Of a DNA stretch of 60,560 nucleotides, positions 1 through 9,434 are shown one piece after another; positions within the stretch are counted from its first letter, which is position 1, and each line of letters opens with the position of its first letter. Under the pieces are notes generated by a model, which worked only from the letters and a program-made list of their open reading frames with translations, was not told where the DNA came from and made no database searches. Position numbers and translations under genes: made by a program. The stretch comes from a virus (taxonomy: Duplodnaviria; Caudoviricetes), in IMG/VR virus record IMGVR_UViG_3300005512_000032, positions 1 through 60,560 of that record; one strand, written 5' to 3'.

Positions 1-92
1 AATATATCCAGATGTTTCATGAAGCCAATGGTGCTATTGGCATGCTGAATTATCTGCTTCAGGAAGCTGAAAAAAATGAGGAGGGGGACGAA
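1..92. repeat. Terminal direct repeat (identical to 60469-60560); circular assembly overlap
   Basis: The first 92 nt match the last 92 nt exactly, and an ORF reads through the junction. Confidence 0.95.
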
Positions 93-120
93 TAGTCCCC
101 CTTGTTAAAGGAGAAATTTT

Positions 121-657
121 GTGGGGAATTTATCTCAAGTCTTTCAGGTCAGTAAGCGTGAAAGCGGATTTGCAGTTCTTGGACCGCATCGACTGGAAGA
201 GTTTTCTATAGTAGGCACGGCCAGCGAAGGAAAGCTCACAGTTTACGATACGGACACAGCGCCTGTGGCTGGAACCTATGCCCAGTCTGGAACGACAGTA
301 ACCGTCACGGACGCTGACCACGGACTATCTACCGGTGACATTGTAGGCATTTGTTTTGCAGTAGGGACTGGCGGCACTGCAACATCAGGAAACTACCCTA
401 TCACAGTGACCGGCTCAGGCACGTTTACAGTTACAATGCTGAACTCTGACACGATCACGGGTACGCCCGCTTGCAACTATGTTGCTTACACGCCCGGCCC
501 AAATGTGACACCAAAGCGTTGGCTAATGTGTAAAGGTGTTGCGGCTGGAGACTCTTTTGCTAACGCTTTTTCCGTTCCAAGAGACGGGTTTATCGCGAAG
601 CGGGGCGTATACTTTTTGATGTCCAATCTTCTTGAAGCTGACATGTTTTACGAATAA
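121..657 (+). CDS. Putative virion structural protein
   Basis: GTG start after AAGGAG; Thr/Gly-rich beta-type sequence; lies downstream of the capsid genes on the circle. Confidence 0.55.
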   Translation: MGNLSQVFQVSKRESGFAVLGPHRLEEFSIVGTASEGKLTVYDTDTAPVAGTYAQSGTTVTVTDADHGLSTGDIVGICFAVGTGGTATSGNYPITVTGSGTFTVTMLNSDTITGTPACNYVAYTPGPNVTPKRWLMCKGVAAGDSFANAFSVPRDGFIAKRGVYFLMSNLLEADMFYE

Positions 658-941
658 TGGCTACTACAAAGAACGTAAAAAAAACACCATCAGGTCGCGT
701 GAGCTATCGCGGTGAAACGTTCTCGGGCTACAATAAGCCCAAGCGCACGCCCGGAAAAAACAAGAAGTTCGCAGTGCTTGCCAAGAAGGGCAGTGATGTG
801 AAGCTGGTTCGTTTCGGTGATCCCAACATGGAGATCAAGCGTGACGATCCGGGTCGCCGGAAAAACTTCCGCGCCCGACATAATTGCGACACGGCAAAAG
901 ACAAGTTCTCAGCACGGTATTGGAGCTGTAAGAAGTGGTGA
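657..941 (+). CDS. Small basic hypothetical phage protein
   Basis: Lys/Arg-rich 94 aa with an RKNFRARHNC...ARYWSCKKW motif; TAATG coupling to the previous gene. Confidence 0.65.
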   Translation: MATTKNVKKTPSGRVSYRGETFSGYNKPKRTPGKNKKFAVLAKKGSDVKLVRFGDPNMEIKRDDPGRRKNFRARHNCDTAKDKFSARYWSCKKW

Positions 942-1345
942 TGGAACGGTATTTCAGAGCACTCGATGATTACATGCAGGATGTTCGCCGCTTTCAAGAG
1001 GGCGGCCGAACCAATGGTGGAATCACTGACGAACAGATTAGACGCTTCGCCCGAGGTAAAACCGACAAGCAGATCGCCCGTGTTATGATGCGAGTTGGTG
1101 TTAGCGTTGAGCGCTTTGCTCGCGCAATGGACATGCCTGTTGAGAAAGTTAAGGAGCGTTTTAACAATGTTCTACCGCAAGCTCGTGCAGATAATGAAAG
1201 ACTCCGATTATCACCGAAACTACAGCCGGGAAGCGTTCCACAGGTTAATCAAGCCAGCCCGAGACAACAACAAGGCTCGAATATACGTCAAGGACGGAAA
1301 GCCGGTGGCATTCGCGACTTGGGCGTTTCTCAGCCCAGAGGCTGA
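941..1345 (+). CDS. Hypothetical protein with an FQEGG motif; 3' part overlaps the HlyC-like gene
   Basis: Coupled to the upstream stop; helical N-terminal half looks protein-like; carries the xxxGG motif shared by other late proteins. Confidence 0.5.
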   Translation: MERYFRALDDYMQDVRRFQEGGRTNGGITDEQIRRFARGKTDKQIARVMMRVGVSVERFARAMDMPVEKVKERFNNVLPQARADNERLRLSPKLQPGSVPQVNQASPRQQQGSNIRQGRKAGGIRDLGVSQPRG

Positions 1346-1568
1346 ACAGGGATATATTACAGGGACCCGTAAACTCCAACCAGAAGACTTTGAGGGAGAA
1401 GACGGGCAACTTTGGTTTATAGACTTCGCGGCGCCTTACGGGCACTGCCGTGAAGCGATTAAATGGTTTAGACGGTTCATTCACGACAAATATGGACCGA
1501 GGTATTCAGCAAAAATTCTTCGGCGAAGAAAACACGTTGGAAGACTGTATGCATATGGTGACTCATGA
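1167..1568 (+). CDS. RTX toxin-activating lysine acyltransferase-like protein (HlyC/CyaC family)
   Basis: Motifs SDYHR, GKPVAFATWAFLSPEAEQGY, L.PEDF.G and LWFIDFAAPYG resemble HlyC SPLHR, PVAYCSWA.LS and W.IDW.APFG; AAGGAG at 1151-1156 precedes the ATG at 1167. Confidence 0.8.
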   Translation: MFYRKLVQIMKDSDYHRNYSREAFHRLIKPARDNNKARIYVKDGKPVAFATWAFLSPEAEQGYITGTRKLQPEDFEGEDGQLWFIDFAAPYGHCREAIKWFRRFIHDKYGPRYSAKILRRRKHVGRLYAYGDS

Positions 1569-4315
1569 GACTTAATGCGCTACATCCTAAAGATGATCCA
1601 ATGGAGGACCTGTTGTTCTGCTTTGGCGGAGATGATGATGGCGGAGATAGCGGTGGCGACGATATGGACGCAGAACTTGACGCGATCTCAGAGCAGTTTG
1701 ACGCCATGGATGAGGCTTATGATCGTGGAGACAGTTTTCAGACTCATGGCCATTCTGGGTACACCTCTCGGGACGATGATGGCAATGTCACAGATCACAG
1801 TGGTGGCTTGGACTCATCACGGCAATTCGTCAGCAACGTGACGATCAGTGACGAAGAAATTCAGAATATATATATTGATGAACTTGGCAGACTGCCTGAT
1901 CCAGAAGGTGCAGACTACTGGAAAAACGACAGTGGCTTAACGGTCGATCAAATCAGGGAGGCTATTAACAACTCTCCAGAGGGAACAGAGTTTGATGCGA
2001 ACTCTAGTGATCCGGGAAACAGGGACACCATTGCAATAAACGCCGGAGTTTCCAGAGATACTATTGTTGGGTCTGGTCCGGGTGGCAATCGAGCGGTTTT
2101 GAGTTCGGATGGAACCCCTGTCACGTCCGAGAGGGCCATAGCGGAGGCCGCAAGGGAGGAGGGCGTTTCTGAGGCAGAGATACAAGATCGCATCAATAAA
2201 GTCACCATTGACCTTCAATCAGAGCGTTCATTCGAAGAAGATGAGGTATTTGATGACGCAGATGACCCAACTATTCCAATTGAATTCACTGATCAGGCAA
2301 TCATTGACGCAGATGACCCAACTATTTCAGTAACCACTCCAACAACGACTGGCACAACAGGTCGCACGACTTATGAGGTGGACCCAAGTATTAACGATTT
2401 GGTCCCCGAGGGTGTTGACCCTACTGTCATTGGACAAAGAGTTGACGATGGTGAGCTTGAGTATTTTGATGAAAATGTAAGAGACCCCGATAGAGTACCA
2501 ATCTCTGAACAGGACTATGCGAATTTACAGCGCGGCCGAGATATTATTGAAGGGGCAGAGATTGAAGATCTTGGCATGCCTCCTGAGACAATCGATGACC
2601 GTTCTTCGGAGTTTACATTTAGTCAAGCGCTTGATTATGCCTTAGACCAAGGTCTTGACTTAGACGATGCTCTTGATCGAGCAGAGGTAATGACAGGTGG
2701 TAGCCCTTATTCTTTTGATCGAGACTCTACTCCAGCTAAAGTGACAGATACGGTGGGGCTCGGAGTGGATGTTTCTTCACTTCCCGGAGCAGATCAAGTT
2801 CAATATAACGCTCAAGGCGAGATAGTTTCAGCTCCAGACGAGTTTCGTAGTGCGTTTGCAGAACTTACTCGGCGTGATCCAGTGACGGGAGAGACTGTCA
2901 TCACGATTGGCGGATCACTCCAGCGAGATGATGCGCTCTCTCAAGAGATCGAGTCTCTTCTTCAGGGAGGTTATACACTTGGATTTGAAGATGATGAGCT
3001 TGTATCACCGGAAGGTGTAACTGTTAATATTGCAGACCTTATGGGCGTCTCATTCACCTCAGAACGCTTCCTTGAATCTCTTGAAGGTGGATCTGAAGGC
3101 GGTGGTGGTCGCGAAGGTGAGGCCGGCGGTGGCGGAGCAAGAGGCGGCGCCAGCTTTGACCCCGGCGGCAAGGAAGGCACTGCCGCTACTGGCCAAGACC
3201 GGATTGACATAGATCTTCCTAAAGTGGAGGTGGATTTAGACCCAGCTCAAATTAATCCTGACACTGGTGCTGTGATTGATACAGATGCTGGTGATGTTGG
3301 TGAAGCCGAAACAGATGCGACCGGGGAAGGCCGCACAGAAGGCGAGTCGGAAGAGGATACGGGTGAAGACAGACCCGGCGGCGCAATTGGCGGTGACGAA
3401 ACTGGTGGTGTAAGTATTTTGCCCGGAGAGGAGGGACCAATCCTTCCCGGCGGCGAGGGGTCTGGCGTCCTTGGTGAGGGCGGTGACGACATTGTCGGAA
3501 TGGGCGATAAAGGCACTGGTGACGGAGTCGGTGGTGGTGATGGCACTGGAGAAGGTGCCGGCACAGGAACAGGCGCAGGTACGGGTACAGGAACTGGCAC
3601 AGGCACAGGTACTGGAGATGGAACCGGTACAGGTGGCGAAGGTGGCGGTACTGGTGACGGCACTGGTGACGGCACTGGTGATGATGATGATGATGATGAT
3701 GACTTCGAAGTTGACCCAATTGAAGAAATTGACGGGTATGATTTTGGCGACCCAATAACGGTTGACACAGACCTTGGTGACTTTGAATACAGACAGCCAC
3801 AGATAACCAGTCCATTTAATTTCGCTAGAGATTTCGGTTCCTACACGTTGTCGCCCGAAATAGAGCAATCATTTCAAGACCTTACAAAGGAGCGACAAGC
3901 GGCAGGGATGAGGACATCTCCTGTTGAGCTGTTTCCGGGGCAGGACATCAATCAAGAGATACTCAATCAAATATACATAGATGAGCTTGGTCGAGAGGTT
4001 GGCGATGTTGGTCTTGAGTATTGGCTACAAGAATCGGGGCTCACGGACCCTGAAGACATTCGGTCAGCGATTCGTTTGTCTGACGAGTTTGGTGAATACA
4101 CTGACCCGTTCGCATTATATGAGCCCGAATACCTCGAGCCAATTGGTACAATGTCAGAAGAGAGACAGGCCGAGCAAGGTATTGCTAATCTGATTGGCTC
4201 AAGGTTCCCGAGGTTCACTCCTGCCGGAGAGCGGTATCCATTTACTTCAACGCCTGAAGAGTCTGCACAGGCTCTTGTCAATGAGCTATTTGGTAGAAGT
4301 GATGGCAATCAGTAG
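1565..4315 (+). CDS. Large acidic Gly/Asp/Thr-rich protein with two DUF4214-like motifs and GTG repeats
   Basis: 916 aa; IYIDELGR.P/V...G..YW occurs twice; (GT)n and poly-Asp tracts; N-terminal LFCFGGDDDGG; ATGA-coupled to the HlyC-like gene. Confidence 0.75.
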   Translation: MRLNALHPKDDPMEDLLFCFGGDDDGGDSGGDDMDAELDAISEQFDAMDEAYDRGDSFQTHGHSGYTSRDDDGNVTDHSGGLDSSRQFVSNVTISDEEIQNIYIDELGRLPDPEGADYWKNDSGLTVDQIREAINNSPEGTEFDANSSDPGNRDTIAINAGVSRDTIVGSGPGGNRAVLSSDGTPVTSERAIAEAAREEGVSEAEIQDRINKVTIDLQSERSFEEDEVFDDADDPTIPIEFTDQAIIDADDPTISVTTPTTTGTTGRTTYEVDPSINDLVPEGVDPTVIGQRVDDGELEYFDENVRDPDRVPISEQDYANLQRGRDIIEGAEIEDLGMPPETIDDRSSEFTFSQALDYALDQGLDLDDALDRAEVMTGGSPYSFDRDSTPAKVTDTVGLGVDVSSLPGADQVQYNAQGEIVSAPDEFRSAFAELTRRDPVTGETVITIGGSLQRDDALSQEIESLLQGGYTLGFEDDELVSPEGVTVNIADLMGVSFTSERFLESLEGGSEGGGGREGEAGGGGARGGASFDPGGKEGTAATGQDRIDIDLPKVEVDLDPAQINPDTGAVIDTDAGDVGEAETDATGEGRTEGESEEDTGEDRPGGAIGGDETGGVSILPGEEGPILPGGEGSGVLGEGGDDIVGMGDKGTGDGVGGGDGTGEGAGTGTGAGTGTGTGTGTGTGDGTGTGGEGGGTGDGTGDGTGDDDDDDDDFEVDPIEEIDGYDFGDPITVDTDLGDFEYRQPQITSPFNFARDFGSYTLSPEIEQSFQDLTKERQAAGMRTSPVELFPGQDINQEILNQIYIDELGREVGDVGLEYWLQESGLTDPEDIRSAIRLSDEFGEYTDPFALYEPEYLEPIGTMSEERQAEQGIANLIGSRFPRFTPAGERYPFTSTPEESAQALVNELFGRSDGNQ

Positions 4316-4625
4316 AGCACAGATGGGCAAACAGTTAACGGGGAACCGTATGCGCTCCAAGGGTAGAACATGTGGCTTTATGTCAACCGGCACAGACGCT
4401 GGCGATCTGGACACTATCCGCGCCGCCCGAAATATTGATGACGGGACAGGCGGTCGAGTTACCAAAATGAAAAAGGGTGGTAAGATCTGCCCAGAAGGAA
4501 AGGCTTGGGCCAAGCGGACATTTGACAAGTATCCAAGTGCATACGCAAATCTTGCCGCTTCAAAGTATTGCAAAGACCCGAACTACGCCAAGAAGTCTAA
4601 AGGCGGAAAGCGGAAGGGCAAGTAA
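4302..4625 (+). CDS. Small basic hypothetical protein (MKKGG motif)
   Basis: Likely start MAISRAQM at 4302; Lys-rich, with a YPSAYAN motif. Confidence 0.55.
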   Translation: MAISRAQMGKQLTGNRMRSKGRTCGFMSTGTDAGDLDTIRAARNIDDGTGGRVTKMKKGGKICPEGKAWAKRTFDKYPSAYANLAASKYCKDPNYAKKSKGGKRKGK

Positions 4626-4924
4626 TGGGTGAGCTCAAGAAGTGGCTAGATGAAGACTGGGTACGGATTGATTCTGAGGGGAACATTGCCGGTGAGTGCG
4701 GCACCTCGAAGAACAAGAAGAATCCAGACCGTTGTTTGCCAAGAAAGAAAGCACAGAGCTTATCCAAGTCTGAGCGTAAGGCCACCGCCCGAAAGAAAAA
4801 ACAAGCAGGATCCAAGGGTAAGCAATTCGTTGCAAACACACCCAAGGCCAAGGTAAGTAGGGCTAAGTCCGGAGGACGCTGTATGCGTGACGGAGTGGCC
4901 ACGAGAGGAAGGACAAGGGCATAA
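4625..4924 (+). CDS. Small basic conserved phage protein (DUF5872-like)
   Basis: LKKW..EDW...CLP..KA..LS..ER..TAR.K pattern; TAATG coupling. Confidence 0.6.
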   Translation: MGELKKWLDEDWVRIDSEGNIAGECGTSKNKKNPDRCLPRKKAQSLSKSERKATARKKKQAGSKGKQFVANTPKAKVSRAKSGGRCMRDGVATRGRTRA

Positions 4925-5607
4925 TGGCTGTCGTAACACCAGACCTACCAGAGATCTTTGAGGAAGCCTTTGAGCGTGCAGGATTGGAGATGCGCTCTGG
5001 TTACGACTTGAAGACCGCCCGAAGAAGTCTGAACCTTCTCACACTGGAATGGCAAAACAGGGGACTCAACCTCTGGACTATTGAGCCCGGTACAATCGCG
5101 CTATCATCTGGCACGGAAACGTACACGTTACCCGCAGACACCATAGACTTGATTGAGATGTCTTTGCGGACTGGAACGGGTACTAACCAAACAGACACGA
5201 ACGTGGAGCGGATCAGTGTATCGACGTATTCTCAGCAGACTAACAAGAACACGACCGGTAGACCCGTACAAGCGTTCATTCGACGTTTGGCAACGGAAAC
5301 AACTGTTACGCTTTGGCCTGTGCCGGATGCACGTGACACTTATACTTTGGCGTATTACCGCCTGCGTGGCATTGAAAGCATTTCAACGGGAGTGTCAGGA
5401 ACGGCAGACGTTCCTCCTCGGTTTGTTCCTTGCCTTGTGGCTGGGCTTGCTTATTACATCGCCATGAAGCGTCCTGAGGTGAATGACAGGGTTGGTGCGT
5501 TGAAGCAGGAATACGAGTTCCAGTTTGAGTTGGCGGCAGGCGAAGACCGAGATACGTCATCCATTCGTTTCATCCCGTTCGACACATTCTACTTGGCGGG
5601 TCAGTGA
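4924..5607 (+). CDS. Head-tail adaptor/connector-like protein
   Basis: ARRSLNLL..EW.NRGLNLWT and LWPVPD motifs typical of podophage adaptor proteins; late-gene position. Confidence 0.6.
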   Translation: MAVVTPDLPEIFEEAFERAGLEMRSGYDLKTARRSLNLLTLEWQNRGLNLWTIEPGTIALSSGTETYTLPADTIDLIEMSLRTGTGTNQTDTNVERISVSTYSQQTNKNTTGRPVQAFIRRLATETTVTLWPVPDARDTYTLAYYRLRGIESISTGVSGTADVPPRFVPCLVAGLAYYIAMKRPEVNDRVGALKQEYEFQFELAAGEDRDTSSIRFIPFDTFYLAGQ

Positions 5608-5927
5608 TGCAAGACGCTATCTATAACCCGTTTTACTACAAGCCATTGCCAGATGAGATAACCATTGGTGGCAGTGAAATCGAGGGGCTTGGTATTTTTG
5701 CCACGACCGAAATAGATCCAGAGACTGACCTTGGCACAACACATATCAAGGTGCCTATGTTCCATGGGTACATACGCACACCAATCGGCGGGTTTCTAAA
5801 CCACGCCGAAGAAGCCAACTGTGAGCTTGTGTTAATCCATGACTGGGACGATTGTAAGGTTTACAATGTGTTCACCCTTCGTGCCATTGAACAGGGCGAA
5901 GAGTTGGTTCTGAACTACGAGGATTAA
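5604..5927 (+). CDS. SET-domain protein (lysine methyltransferase fold)
   Basis: GLGIFA, GFLNH...NC and I..GEELVLNY are the canonical SET motifs. Confidence 0.85.
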   Translation: MMQDAIYNPFYYKPLPDEITIGGSEIEGLGIFATTEIDPETDLGTTHIKVPMFHGYIRTPIGGFLNHAEEANCELVLIHDWDDCKVYNVFTLRAIEQGEELVLNYED

Positions 5928-5929
5928 CC

Positions 5930-6247
5930 ATGCCGGCTTACACCAAAGGAAGTCATGCGTTTGGTTTCTGCGACAAGACAGGGTTTCGCTACCCGCTTGA
6001 CGAGCTGGTGTACGAGTACAAAAACGGCGTAAGGACTGGGTTCCGTGTCGGCAAGGATGTTGCCGATCCAGACCAGCCACAGAATTACTTGGGTCGAGTG
6101 AAGATATTTGACCCGCAATCATTGTTCGACCCGCGCCCGGATAAAGCCGAGCAGGCGAGTCGCGCTCTTTTTGGTTGGAATCCTGTCGGGAATCCCATCC
6201 AGAAAATCGAAGGCTCCGTTGGGAGCGTAACTATCACGGTGACTTGA
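5930..6247 (+). CDS. Conserved hypothetical phage protein
   Basis: CDKTGFRY and DPRP motifs; in-line late gene. Confidence 0.55.
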   Translation: MPAYTKGSHAFGFCDKTGFRYPLDELVYEYKNGVRTGFRVGKDVADPDQPQNYLGRVKIFDPQSLFDPRPDKAEQASRALFGWNPVGNPIQKIEGSVGSVTITVT

Positions 6248-6255
6248 GGTGAGTG

Positions 6256-6615
6256 ATGAAGAAGACAAAGGGCTACGCCAAAGGCGGAGCGATGAAGGGC
6301 ACCAAGGCGATGGCCGCAGGCGGCAAGATGCCAATGGTGAAGGATCCGAAAACAGGCAAGATGGTTCCCAGCTTTGCGGCGGACGGCAAGGGCAAGATGG
6401 CCAAGGGCGGAATGACCAAATCTTCTACTATGAAGAAGAAAGCCGGTGGCGCGATGAAGGGTACTAAAGCCATGGCAAAAGGTGGTGCAACCAAGAAGAC
6501 CAAGGCCATGGCGAAAGGTGGTGCAATGAAAAAGACGAAGGGTTATGCTAAAGGCGGCGTAGCTCGTGGTACAGGCGCGGCTACAAGAGGAAAGAATTTT
6601 AGCCGGAGCATGTAA
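6256..6615 (+). CDS. Lys/Ala/Gly/Met-rich repetitive basic protein, possibly DNA-condensing or internal head protein
   Basis: Repeated K.TK(G/A)(Y/M)AKGG units; GAGG RBS upstream. Confidence 0.65.
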   Translation: MKKTKGYAKGGAMKGTKAMAAGGKMPMVKDPKTGKMVPSFAADGKGKMAKGGMTKSSTMKKKAGGAMKGTKAMAKGGATKKTKAMAKGGAMKKTKGYAKGGVARGTGAATRGKNFSRSM

Positions 6616-7280
6616 TGTCTTATCTCATCTCAAACGTACCCAGCTTCAAATGCTGGGTGCGTAAAGAGTTTACTGCAAACCATCAGGACTATCATGGAGA
6701 ATTTATTCACGCGCTTGCGTTCGCTGTTAACACGATCCCAGACAGATCACTCAGCTTCCAAGTTGTCTTCACAGGATGTGAAATTGACCACACCGGAGAG
6801 GACAATGTCCACGGAGGAGCCATGTGGGCAAGAATGCCCATCCAAGCCCTCGTTGCAGACATCCCCTTGGATGAATGGCCAGACCGAATGGAAGACCATT
6901 TGGCGCAACCTTGGGACTGTGAGTCTCGTCACCACTCGGTGGTGGTTATGGACCGCGTTAGTTCAAGCCCGTGGATTGCAAAGATTGACGGAGAGTTTTA
7001 CGAAGGCCGGTATATGTTCACTGTGGACTACACCGAGCACGAAATCGCAGACTCCCCAGACCAACACAAACAGTCCCACGTCATGTACCTCACTGAGGGA
7101 CCGTGGGCAGGAAACATCGTTGCACTCCCGAACAACAGAGTGAGGGCAACAAGCCCAGCTCTCTGGAGAACTGGAGAGGGGGCACCAGACTTCGCGCCGA
7201 GCCAATACTTACACTCGGCCGAAGGACACTCAAGTTACACAGACCCATCGGTCACCTTTGATAACTTATATCAGGATTGA
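6615..7280 (+). CDS. Conserved hypothetical phage protein
   Basis: 221-aa ORF coupled by TAATG. Confidence 0.6.
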   Translation: MSYLISNVPSFKCWVRKEFTANHQDYHGEFIHALAFAVNTIPDRSLSFQVVFTGCEIDHTGEDNVHGGAMWARMPIQALVADIPLDEWPDRMEDHLAQPWDCESRHHSVVVMDRVSSSPWIAKIDGEFYEGRYMFTVDYTEHEIADSPDQHKQSHVMYLTEGPWAGNIVALPNNRVRATSPALWRTGEGAPDFAPSQYLHSAEGHSSYTDPSVTFDNLYQD

Positions 7281-7281
7281 T

Positions 7282-7917
7282 ATGACTTACGCAGAACTCG
7301 TACAGGCCATCAAGGACTACACAGAGAACGAAGAGACTACCTTCGTGAACCAGATCCCGACATTTGTGCGTCAGGCCGAAGAACGGATCAATCGCTCTGT
7401 GATGCTCCCTGACTTGAGAAAGAATGTCACAGGGACAGTGACATCCTCGTTTCGATTCCTGACTGTGCCAGATGATTATCTGGCGGTGTTCTCGATGGCT
7501 GTCATTGACGGCGATGGGAACTACGAGTTCTTGCTCCACAAGGATGTGAATTTTATTCGAGAGGCCTATCCGGATAATACAACATCAGGCAAGCCTGAGT
7601 ATTACGGATTGTTCGATGAGACCTCTTTCATTCTGGCGCCGACACCAGACGCAGATTACACGATCCAGCTCCACTACTACTACGACCCGCAGTCCATTGT
7701 GGACGCAGGCACGAGCTGGTACGGGGACAACGCAGAGACTGCTTTGTTGTACGGGTCATTGATCGAGGCGTACACCTTCATGAAAGGTGAGCAAGATCTG
7801 ATCGCCTTGTACGGCTCACGGTACGAGGAAGCGATGATCCAACTCAAAGAATTAGGTGACGGCCGAAACAAACGCGATAGTTACAGAAACGGCGAGCCGA
7901 GGGTAAGCGTACAATGA
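7282..7917 (+). CDS. Head-closure/tail adaptor-like structural protein
   Basis: MTYAEL..AI.DY, P.PD..Y...L.YY and LLYGSL.EA..FMK motifs typical of podophage adaptors. Confidence 0.6.
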   Translation: MTYAELVQAIKDYTENEETTFVNQIPTFVRQAEERINRSVMLPDLRKNVTGTVTSSFRFLTVPDDYLAVFSMAVIDGDGNYEFLLHKDVNFIREAYPDNTTSGKPEYYGLFDETSFILAPTPDADYTIQLHYYYDPQSIVDAGTSWYGDNAETALLYGSLIEAYTFMKGEQDLIALYGSRYEEAMIQLKELGDGRNKRDSYRNGEPRVSVQ

Positions 7918-8204
7918 TGTCACAATCTTCAACACCCATGGTCGGTCAGGTAGAGGTTTTTGCCACACAGAATCGTGGTTACTCGCCCGAAGAAATCACC
8001 GACATGACACTCAACAAAATACTGTATATCGGGAAAAATCTTGACCCGGTCATACAGCAACAAGCGGTCGAATACAGAGACCAAATACGATCTGTTTTGA
8101 TCAACGCAATTAAAACGGCGCAACGGTCCGAGAGGACAACCCTGTATAATTTATGTAAGCAACAGGGCCATGAGGATATGGCCGAGGTGATAAGGAAACT
8201 GTAA
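7914..8204 (+). CDS. Hypothetical protein
   Basis: Coupled ORF in the structural operon. Confidence 0.55.
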   Translation: MMSQSSTPMVGQVEVFATQNRGYSPEEITDMTLNKILYIGKNLDPVIQQQAVEYRDQIRSVLINAIKTAQRSERTTLYNLCKQQGHEDMAEVIRKL

Positions 8205-8665
8205 TGGCAATTACCCAAGCGATGACCACCTCGTTCAAGGTTGACCTCTTGAACGGTGTGCATGATTTTTCAACAGACACATTTAAACTGGCTTTGTTCA
8301 CAAGCTCTGCCACACTCGGCGCGGCCACGACAGCGTACACTGCGCCATCGAACCCAGCGGCGGATCCGACTGACACGAACGAAGTGACAACAACAGGCAC
8401 GAACTACTCAGCAGGTGGTCAAGCTCTGACAGCGGTTGCGCCGACTTCGTCTGGCACAACAGCGTTTGTTGACTTCAACGATGAAGAATTCACGAGCGTG
8501 ACACTGACTGCTCGCGGTGCTTTGATTTACAACGATGATAAGTCTGACAAGTCTGTGGTTGTGTTGGACTTCGGTTCTGACAAGACTGCAACCTCTGGAA
8601 ACTTTACAATCGTTTTCCCTGCGGCTGACGCCTCGAACGCCATTATCCGTCTTGCTACTCCATAA
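8204..8665 (+). CDS. Putative tail structural protein
   Basis: MAITQAM.TSFK..LL.G.HDF..D.FK.AL and LDFG.DKT motifs common in phage structural genes. Confidence 0.6.
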   Translation: MAITQAMTTSFKVDLLNGVHDFSTDTFKLALFTSSATLGAATTAYTAPSNPAADPTDTNEVTTTGTNYSAGGQALTAVAPTSSGTTAFVDFNDEEFTSVTLTARGALIYNDDKSDKSVVVLDFGSDKTATSGNFTIVFPAADASNAIIRLATP

Positions 8666-8675
8666 GGAGTGACCC

Positions 8676-9425
8676 ATGGCTTCTCTCACCGGATGGGGTA
8701 GACAGACGTGGGGATCCGGTGCGTGGGGCGAAGAGGCACCCGTTGAGTTAACGGGGCTCATTGCCTCCACTCTTGTTGGTGATGTGACGGTCGAAGCGAT
8801 TGGAAACATCACACAGAATGTGACGGGTCTGGCGGCAGAGGGCGTGGTCGGTACACCGACAGTGGACGCTCGAACCAATGTGCTTGTCACTGGACTCGCG
8901 GCCGAAGTAGACACGGACGGTGTCGCCAAGAATGTCACAGTGGCACTTGGTGGATGGGGCCGTGGCGCGTGGGGTGACGGACCGTTTGGTGAAGCCTTAC
9001 AGGACGACATCATTACCACGGAAGTGGGCACGGTTCGGATTCTTGAAGAATACATTCAGGTGACAGGTGTTGCCTCGGATGGCGTTGTGGGTTCTGTGAC
9101 AGCCACAGGAACTGCGGTCATTGTCGAGGAAGGCCTTGCCGCAAGCACACAGATCTCTGGTGTGACGGTGCAGGCAAACGCAGATGTCACCCTGACAGGT
9201 GTCAGTGCAGAGGGCGAGGTTGGTACAACCACGCAAAGCTTTGGTGTGACGGTGCTCCCGACAGGGGTCAGCGCCGAAGTACAAAGCGGTACCGAATCAA
9301 TTACAGCGGACGCCAACGTGTCTGTCACCGGAACGGAGGCCTCTGTGGCCACCGCAAGACCACTTGTTTGGGGTAAAATAGTAACAGTACAGAACCCCAA
9401 TTGGACCGAAATAAACGCGGCGTAG
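8676..9425 (+). CDS. Putative tail/collar fibre protein
   Basis: GWG...WG.G.WG motifs and Val/Thr/Gly beta repeats; AAGGAG RBS. Confidence 0.55.
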   Translation: MASLTGWGRQTWGSGAWGEEAPVELTGLIASTLVGDVTVEAIGNITQNVTGLAAEGVVGTPTVDARTNVLVTGLAAEVDTDGVAKNVTVALGGWGRGAWGDGPFGEALQDDIITTEVGTVRILEEYIQVTGVASDGVVGSVTATGTAVIVEEGLAASTQISGVTVQANADVTLTGVSAEGEVGTTTQSFGVTVLPTGVSAEVQSGTESITADANVSVTGTEASVATARPLVWGKIVTVQNPNWTEINAA

Positions 9426-9434
9426 AGGAATATT

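Noticed and set aside
3480-3705. Canonical RTX calcium-binding nonapeptide repeats
   Set aside because: The tract is GT/GD-rich but does not follow the GGxGxDxUx register, so the protein is called RTX-like only by context.
3236-3868. His-rich and Pro-rich antisense ORFs
   Set aside because: They are shadows of the GAT and GGT/ACA low-complexity repeats in the + strand gene.
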